Positions 58,718 to 64,000 of a stretch of DNA of 64,000 nucleotides are shown here, in pieces. The DNA comes from Acidobacteriota bacterium (GTDB taxonomy: Bacteria > Acidobacteriota > Terriglobia > Bryobacterales > UBA6623). The stretch spans positions 6,339-70,338 of the forward strand of contig JAQBUE010000002.1 in NCBI GenBank assembly GCA_027624045.1. Direction: 5' to 3'. Position 1 is the first letter of the stretch. Each line of letters opens with the position of its first letter. Both the position numbers and the translations under genes were made by a program. The notes beneath the pieces were generated by a model, which did not search any database, had not been told where the DNA came from, and worked only from the letters and a program-made list of their open reading frames with translations.

Positions 58718-60004
58718 GTGAAGCGGACCGGGCCGGAAGAAACTTTGCGTTGCTCTTTTTGCCACAAGACCCAAGAGGTCGTTGGCAAACTGATTTCGAC
58801 CCCCGGCGACTACCCGAAGGCGTACATCTGTGATGAGTGTGTAGCCGTCTGCAACTCGATCCTCGAGGATGACCGCCGCGAGACGCCGGGTCCGAACCTG
58901 TTTACGCTGCTGAAACCCCAGGAAATCAAGGAACGCCTTGACCAGTACGTCATCGGGCAAGAGCAGGCCAAGAAGAAGCTCGCCGTCGCCGTCTACAACC
59001 ACTACAAGCGCGTCTTCATGACGAAGCAGCGCAGCGCCGATGTCGAGTTGCAGAAATCGAACATCCTGCTGGTCGGCCCCACCGGCACAGGCAAAACACT
59101 GCTGGCCCAGACGCTCGCCAAGATCCTGGATGTGCCGTTCGCCATCGCCGACGCCACCACGCTTACCGAAGCCGGTTACGTAGGCGAGGATGTCGAGAAC
59201 ATCATCCTCAAGCTGCTGCAAGCCGCCGATGGCGACGTGCAGCGCGCTCAGCAGGGTATCATCTACATCGACGAGATTGACAAGCTCAGCCGCAAGGACG
59301 AGAATTCTTCGATCACGCGCGACGTTTCCGGCGAAGGCGTGCAACAAGCGTTGCTGAAGATACTCGAGGGCACGGTCGCCAACGTCCCGCCGCAGGGCGG
59401 CCGCAAACACCCGCATCAGGAGTTCACTCCGGTCGATACGACGAACATCCTTTTCATTTGCGGAGGCGCGTTCGTTGGACTCGAGAAGATCATCGCCCGG
59501 CGCCTGAATCACCGCGTAGTCGGGTTCCGTTCACCTTCAGAACCGAAGGAAGGCTTGAAAGCCATCCCGGCCGCGAAGATCGATCAAGGCGAGCGGGATT
59601 CCGAGTTGCTCATTCAGGTTCAGCCACAGGACTTGATTCGGCACGGCTTCATCCCCGAGTTCGTGGGCCGCCTGCCGGTTAACACGGTCCTGACCGCTCT
59701 CGACCAGCCGGCGCTAGTCCAGATCTTGACTCAGCCTAAGAATTCCCTCGTCAGGCAGTATCAAAAACTCTTTGAGTTCGAGAACATCAGTCTCACCTTC
59801 GAGCCCGAAGCCTTGGAGGCCATTGCCGCCTTGGCGCTTGATCGCAAGGTAGGGGCGCGCGGCCTGCGGATGATTCTCGAAGAGATGATGCTCGACCTGA
59901 TGTACTACCTGCCATCGAAGAAGCACGTCAAGGAATTTCTCATCACCAAGCCGATGGTCGAGAATCACAGCCTCAGCTTGATCATCCTCGAGAAGGCCGG
60001 TTAG
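58718..60004 (+). CDS. clpX: ATP-dependent Clp protease ATP-binding subunit ClpX
   Basis: GTG start 7 nt after GAAGGAG. Zinc-binding CSFCHK...CDEC, Walker A GPTGTGKT, and IYIDEIDK. Confidence 0.95.
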   Translation: MKRTGPEETLRCSFCHKTQEVVGKLISTPGDYPKAYICDECVAVCNSILEDDRRETPGPNLFTLLKPQEIKERLDQYVIGQEQAKKKLAVAVYNHYKRVFMTKQRSADVELQKSNILLVGPTGTGKTLLAQTLAKILDVPFAIADATTLTEAGYVGEDVENIILKLLQAADGDVQRAQQGIIYIDEIDKLSRKDENSSITRDVSGEGVQQALLKILEGTVANVPPQGGRKHPHQEFTPVDTTNILFICGGAFVGLEKIIARRLNHRVVGFRSPSEPKEGLKAIPAAKIDQGERDSELLIQVQPQDLIRHGFIPEFVGRLPVNTVLTALDQPALVQILTQPKNSLVRQYQKLFEFENISLTFEPEALEAIAALALDRKVGARGLRMILEEMMLDLMYYLPSKKHVKEFLITKPMVENHSLSLIILEKAG

Positions 60005-60354
60005 GGGTACCTAGCGGCACCGCTGGCGGGCTTGGGTCCGGTTGCAGCGCCGAGATTGGACCTTCGAGTCAGCGCTTCGCCCACCCGTTACGCAATCCGC
60101 CGCTACTCCCGTGTAGCGAATTTCGGCTGTCGTGCCTGTGTGCGATGTGTCCCCTGGGTAGTGTTGTTGGCTAACGCCTGAATGGCCTCCTGGCTCGGTT
60201 CTTAGAAGATGGCGTGAGCCGGGCTTGTTTGGACTTGGCAAGTTCCCCGGGAGTATCAAGTTCCGCCTCTTGCCACCAGCAATGGGTGGTGCCTGCAAAT
60301 TACTGGGTGGTATGAGTGTTTTCTTGTAGTACGAGGCTCTGGAACGAGCCTATC

Positions 60355-60404
60355 TAACTACATGTAGAAATATTTATTGACTTAGGCACAAGATGATGTA
60401 CACT
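60355..60404 (+). promoter_or_regulatory. candidate nrdJ promoter overlapped by two NrdR-box-like palindromes
   Basis: This is the only AT-rich patch nearby. TTGACT (60377-60382), N16, then TACACT (60399-60404). The 16-mers TAACTACATGTAGAAA (60355-60370) and GCACAAGATGATGTAC (60386-60401) partly match acaCwAtATaTwGtgt. Their centres are 31 bp apart. Confidence 0.45.
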
Positions 60405-60539
60405 ATGGGAACGTCGTCGATGGTCAGAACCCGGTAACTTTCCCGCAGTTGCCTCATCAGACCGCCGATGACCCCACAATAATCCGGGTTGGCCGCTCAT
60501 TTAGGGGAGTGGGATCGACTAAAGGTCGGAGGGCGTAGC

Positions 60540-63347
60540 ATGGGTGAAATCAGCGTGGATCTGGCGGCTAAAGTAGACGAGCTGTCATCGCAGATCGCAC
60601 GTCGGCAGGGGTTGTCATTCCCCCGCTACTTTACGAAGAACATCGAGGCAGGGAAAACGCCCTACGACTTGATCGAATGGGAGAAACGCACCGCTTCCAT
60701 TGCGAATGAGAAGGGCGACGTCATCTTCGAGCAGCGCGACGTGGAGATGCCGCGCGACTGGTCGCAGACGGCCACCAATATCGTCGCCAGTAAATACTTT
60801 CACGGCCAAGCCGGCACTCCGCAGCGAGAGAGCAGCCTGGCGGAGCTCGTACACCGCGTCGTCGACACGATCGCCGATTGGGGCGCGGCCGGTGGTTACT
60901 TCGCCGGCACCGAAGATGTCGAGAACTTCCGCGGCGAACTCGCGCACCTGATGCTGCATCAGAAGGCGAGCTTCAACTCGCCGGTTTGGTTCAACGTTGG
61001 TGTCAAGGAAGGCCGTGGCTACGGCTGGGCCTGGGATGCCCGCCGCTATGCGATGAAAGCACTCGAGGCCGGCGAGCACCGGCCGCAGTGCTCGGCCTGC
61101 TTCATCATCGCGGCCGGCGACACCATGGAATCCATCATGGACCTCGCCAAGACCGAGGGCATGCTTTTCAAATGGGGATCGGGGACCGGCTCGAACCTCT
61201 CAAAAATTCGTGAGGAAGACGCCTTGTTGCGAGGCGGCGGCAAGGCGTCGGGGCCTGTCTCGTTCATGAAGGGTTTCGACGCCTTCGCCGGCGTCATCAA
61301 GTCAGGCGGCAAAACCCGCCGCGCCGCGAAGATGGTTATCCTCAACGCCGAGCACCCTGACATCAAGAAATTCATTTGGTGCAAGGCCAGCGAAGAGCGT
61401 AAGGCGCGGACGCTGATCGATGCCGGTTACGACTCGGCGATCGACGGCGACGCTTACGGCTCGATTTTCTTCCAGAACGCCAACAACTCCGTCCGCGCCT
61501 CCGACGAATTCATGCTGGCCGCCATCAAGGATGAAGACTGGTGGACACGCTCGGTCCTCAACAGCCAACCCAAAGAGCGCCACAAAGCGCGTGAGTTGCT
61601 CAACCAGATCGCCGAGGCCACTCACCAGTGCGGCGACCCGGGCATGCAGTTCGACACAACGATCAATCGTTGGCACCCTTGCAAGAATACCGACCGCATC
61701 AACGCCTCGAACCCCTGTTCGGAGTACATGTTCCTTGATGATTCGGCTTGTAATTTGGCGTCGCTGAATCTGATGAAGTTCCGCAAGAGCAAGGGCGGCT
61801 TCAACGTCGAAGCATTCCGGCACGCTGTCGACACGCTAATCGTCGCGCAAGAGATCCTGGTGGACAACGCCAGTTATCCGACCGAGACGATAGGGCGCAA
61901 CTCGCATGACTACCGTCCGCTGGGGCTAGGCTTCGCGAACCTGGGCGCGCTGCTGATGTCAATGGGCGTGGCCTACGACAGCGATCCGGGCCGCACCACC
62001 GCCGGCGCCATTACCGCGGTGATGTGCGGCCAGGCTTATCTCACCAGCGCGCGGGTCTCGGAAGTCACGGGAGCGTTTCCGGGCTACGAGAAAAACCGCG
62101 AGCCTTTCCTCGAAGTCATCCGCATGCACCGCGACGCGTCGCGCAAGATCAACGGCGCGGTCATCGACGAGCCTCTCCATCAGGCCGCGCAGAGCTGCTG
62201 GGACGACGCCTATGAGATGGGCCGCCTGCACGGCTACCGCAACGCCCAAGTGACCGTGATTGCGCCGACCGGCACCATTGGCTTCATGATGGATTGCGAC
62301 ACGACCGGCGTCGAGCCCGAGTTGGCGCTCATCAAATACAAGAAGCTTGTCGGCGGCGGCGTCATCAAGATCGTCAACAACACGGTCGAGGAATCGCTGC
62401 TCAAACTCGGTTACTCGGCTGCGAAGGCGAGCGACATCGTCAGCCATATCGATTCGACGGGAACGATCGAAGGTGCCGAGCACATCAAGCAAGAGCACCT
62501 GCCGGTGTTCGATTGCAGCTTCCGGCCCCAGAACGGCGAACGCTCGATCCACTATCTCGGCCATTTGCGGATGATGGGCGCCGTGCAGCCGTTTATCTCG
62601 GGCGCCATCTCGAAAACGATCAATATGCCCGCGGAGTGCACTGTTGCTGACACCACGGACGCTTACATTGAGGCCTGGCGTTTGGGTCTGAAGTCGGTGG
62701 CAATCTATCGCGACGGTTCCAAGCGCACTCAGCCGCTGAATACGTCCGGCGCTGACGGTAAGCAGGGCACGAAGAAAGTCGCCGGGCTCGTCACCGAGAA
62801 GATCATCTACAGGCCGCACCGTGAAAAGCTGCCTAACGAACGCCAATCGCTGACCCATAAGTTCGCCGTGGGCGGGCATGAAGGCTACATCACCGTCGGT
62901 CTTTACGAGGACGGCACTCCGGGCGAGATCTTTATCAAGATGTCGAAGGAAGGGTCGACGATCAGCGGCCTGATGGACAGTTTCGCGACGGCCGTTTCGA
63001 TGGCCTTGCAGTACGGCTTGCCGCTCAAGGCGCTCGTCGACAAGTTCGCGCACGTTCGCTTCGAGCCCAGCGGTTGGACGGGTTCGAAGGATATTCCCTA
63101 CGCCAAGTCGATCATGGACTACATCTTCCGCTGGCTGGGGATGCGATTTATCTCGCCCGACTATCAGCAAACCGAAGCGGGCGAAACACCGAAGCTGCGG
63201 CCCACCGAACCCGAACCGCAGCAACAACTGGAGTTTAATGCGGCTCCGCTCGACGCGCCGATTTGCGCCGAATGCGGCTCGTTCATGACGAGCAACGGTA
63301 GCTGCTACAAATGCGAGAACTGCGGCTCTACCTCCGGCTGCAGTTAG
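60540..63347 (+). CDS. nrdJ: adenosylcobalamin-dependent ribonucleotide reductase, class II
   Basis: ATG 60540 sits 7 nt after GGAGGG. NPCSEYMFLDDSACNLASLNL is the active-site Cys block. The C-terminal Cys-rich tail is CAECGSFMTSNGSCYKCENCG. Length is 935 aa. Confidence 0.95.
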   Translation: MGEISVDLAAKVDELSSQIARRQGLSFPRYFTKNIEAGKTPYDLIEWEKRTASIANEKGDVIFEQRDVEMPRDWSQTATNIVASKYFHGQAGTPQRESSLAELVHRVVDTIADWGAAGGYFAGTEDVENFRGELAHLMLHQKASFNSPVWFNVGVKEGRGYGWAWDARRYAMKALEAGEHRPQCSACFIIAAGDTMESIMDLAKTEGMLFKWGSGTGSNLSKIREEDALLRGGGKASGPVSFMKGFDAFAGVIKSGGKTRRAAKMVILNAEHPDIKKFIWCKASEERKARTLIDAGYDSAIDGDAYGSIFFQNANNSVRASDEFMLAAIKDEDWWTRSVLNSQPKERHKARELLNQIAEATHQCGDPGMQFDTTINRWHPCKNTDRINASNPCSEYMFLDDSACNLASLNLMKFRKSKGGFNVEAFRHAVDTLIVAQEILVDNASYPTETIGRNSHDYRPLGLGFANLGALLMSMGVAYDSDPGRTTAGAITAVMCGQAYLTSARVSEVTGAFPGYEKNREPFLEVIRMHRDASRKINGAVIDEPLHQAAQSCWDDAYEMGRLHGYRNAQVTVIAPTGTIGFMMDCDTTGVEPELALIKYKKLVGGGVIKIVNNTVEESLLKLGYSAAKASDIVSHIDSTGTIEGAEHIKQEHLPVFDCSFRPQNGERSIHYLGHLRMMGAVQPFISGAISKTINMPAECTVADTTDAYIEAWRLGLKSVAIYRDGSKRTQPLNTSGADGKQGTKKVAGLVTEKIIYRPHREKLPNERQSLTHKFAVGGHEGYITVGLYEDGTPGEIFIKMSKEGSTISGLMDSFATAVSMALQYGLPLKALVDKFAHVRFEPSGWTGSKDIPYAKSIMDYIFRWLGMRFISPDYQQTEAGETPKLRPTEPEPQQQLEFNAAPLDAPICAECGSFMTSNGSCYKCENCGSTSGCS

Positions 63348-63378
63348 GTGGTTTGTCGTTGGATGCGTTCCTCCTCTT

Positions 63379-63428
63379 CCCGGGCGGGCGGCCTTTGAGA
63401 ATCGGCCACCTGCCCGGGAGTTTTATTT
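63379..63428 (+). terminator. intrinsic terminator after nrdJ
   Basis: CCCGGGCGGGCGGCC, a loop, then GGCCACCTGCCCGGG forms an imperfect GC-rich hairpin. AGTTTTATTT follows, about 30 nt after the nrdJ stop. Confidence 0.55.
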
Positions 63429-63612
63429 GCCGCTAGCGATGCGACGCCTGCGGATGGTGGAAGTGTCGGAGCCACGGGTGTCAGCCTGTGGGCCCGCGGT
63501 CGAGGCAACCACGCGAGTTCCCTCGTGTCACACATCTCGCTGCCTGTAATACCGTAGAGTGAAAAGTGAAGCAGGAACCTAGCTCACAGCTTGGTTTCAG
63601 ATCCGTTGAGCG

Positions 63613-64000
63613 ATGGATGGCATAATCTCTCTCCCCGATACGTCGTTCAAGCAATCCGCCCGTTATGCGCTACGGATACGTTGTGCGGTCTGCGGCGACG
63701 GTCGCCCATTCAGCCGTTGATTCTCGATGGCCGCCAAGTGTTCCGCCTGCGGCTTCCACTACAAGCGCGAGCCTGGCTATTTCATCGGCGCCATGTATGT
63801 GAGCTATGTCATGTGCGTAGCGATGATGATGCCGCTCGTGCTGTATTGCATGCTGTCGGGTGTACCGATGAGCGTCGCCTGCCTCGTCGGATTCGCCCAG
63901 ACCACTTTGCTCTCACCGCTGATCTTTCGCTATTCCCGCGGACTGTGGATCGCCCTTGATCTCGTCCTAAGCCCCATTGAGCCGCGCGATTTTGGCGTCA
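63613..64000 (+). pseudogene. DUF983-like zinc-ribbon membrane protein with one in-frame TGA; 3' end cut by window edge
   Basis: ATG 63613 reads MDGIISLPDTSFKQSARYALRIRCAVCGDGRPFSR, then TGA at 63718-63720. The same frame continues FSMAAKCSACGFHYKREPGYFIGAMYVSYVM... with two TM segments. Two CxxC pairs plus REPGYFxGAMY fit DUF983. The track ORF 63591-63959 is in a different frame. Confidence 0.7.

Noticed and set aside
58436-59512. 358-aa minus-strand ORF antisense to clpX. Similar long antisense ORFs occur at 61959-63227 (nrdJ), 55911-56978 and 57521-58414 (FGE and NPP genes), 22929-23663, 53657-54316, 143-781, and 10170-10907/10474-11208.
   Set aside because: Each lies fully inside a gene with strong family motifs on the other strand. 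The products are Arg/Gly/Ala-rich with no recognisable motif. This is the expected stop-poor antisense frame of GC-rich DNA.
60230-60290. A hairpin ending in ...CTTGCC-ACCA, reminiscent of an acceptor/T-arm minihelix. I considered tmRNA, a tRNA-like element, RNase P RNA and SRP RNA for the 60005-60300 region.
   Set aside because: Several signatures are missing: the tmRNA 5' GGGG acceptor partner and a tag-peptide reading frame, the RNase P GGAAAGUCCGGGCUC block, the SRP AGGUCCGGAAGGAAGCAGCC block, and a canonical T-loop. It is kept only as an unexplained structured region.
63718-63720. Selenocysteine or TGA-as-Trp recoding as an explanation for the TGA stops at 63718 and 26705.
   Set aside because: TGA also terminates many normal genes in the window (lipB, vapB and cofC, for example). 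TAG and TAA interruptions also occur. I saw no obvious SECIS-like hairpin immediately downstream, and neither position is a redox CxxU context.
63591-63959. 122-aa plus-strand ORF from the track.
   Set aside because: A different frame over the same DNA gives a clear DUF983-like protein (CxxC pairs, REPGYFIGAMY, two TM segments). The track ORF is the wrong frame.

Overview
GC-rich bacterial chromosomal window with about 55 protein genes, one tRNA and dense operon packing. Many neighbouring genes overlap by 4 nt (ATGA, GTGA or TTGA). I saw no rRNA, CRISPR array, transposase, integrase or phage genes. The gene content points to an Acidobacteriota-like or Planctomycetota-like organism: PSCyt/DUF1549/DUF1553 and DUF1592/DUF1552 proteins, an ECF42-type sigma factor with YCII partners, and an F420 tail-synthesis operon. 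That taxonomic call is inference only.

Housekeeping genes I recognise:
- lpd (3' end), lipB and a 2-oxoacid dehydrogenase E2
- fumC, a cobA/hemD fusion, trpS and tRNA-Asp(GTC)
- NAD-type isocitrate dehydrogenase, ggt and metY
- tatA, tatC, pgeF, clpX and class II ribonucleotide reductase nrdJ

Accessory content:
- fno-cofD-cofC-cofE (F420) next to a divergent EamA transporter
- a MacB-like ABC, FtsX and HlyD efflux set
- vapBC and a RelB/RelE-like pair
- an OmpA-family protein and an FGE-AMIN fusion protein

The best candidate for an undescribed system is a same-strand four-gene secreted cluster at about 45.65-54.39 kb. It encodes a heme-motif PSCyt1-WD40 protein, a DUF1549/DUF1553 protein, and two ~800-aa paralogs with PPC-like modules. 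The usual DUF1501 partner is absent.

The second notable signal is four conserved genes each interrupted by one in-frame stop with no frameshift: TAG in an SDR, TGA in a RelE toxin, TAA in metY, and TGA in a DUF983 gene. A truncated Dps remnant also lies next to icd.

All functional calls come from motif recognition in the supplied translations. No database search was run.
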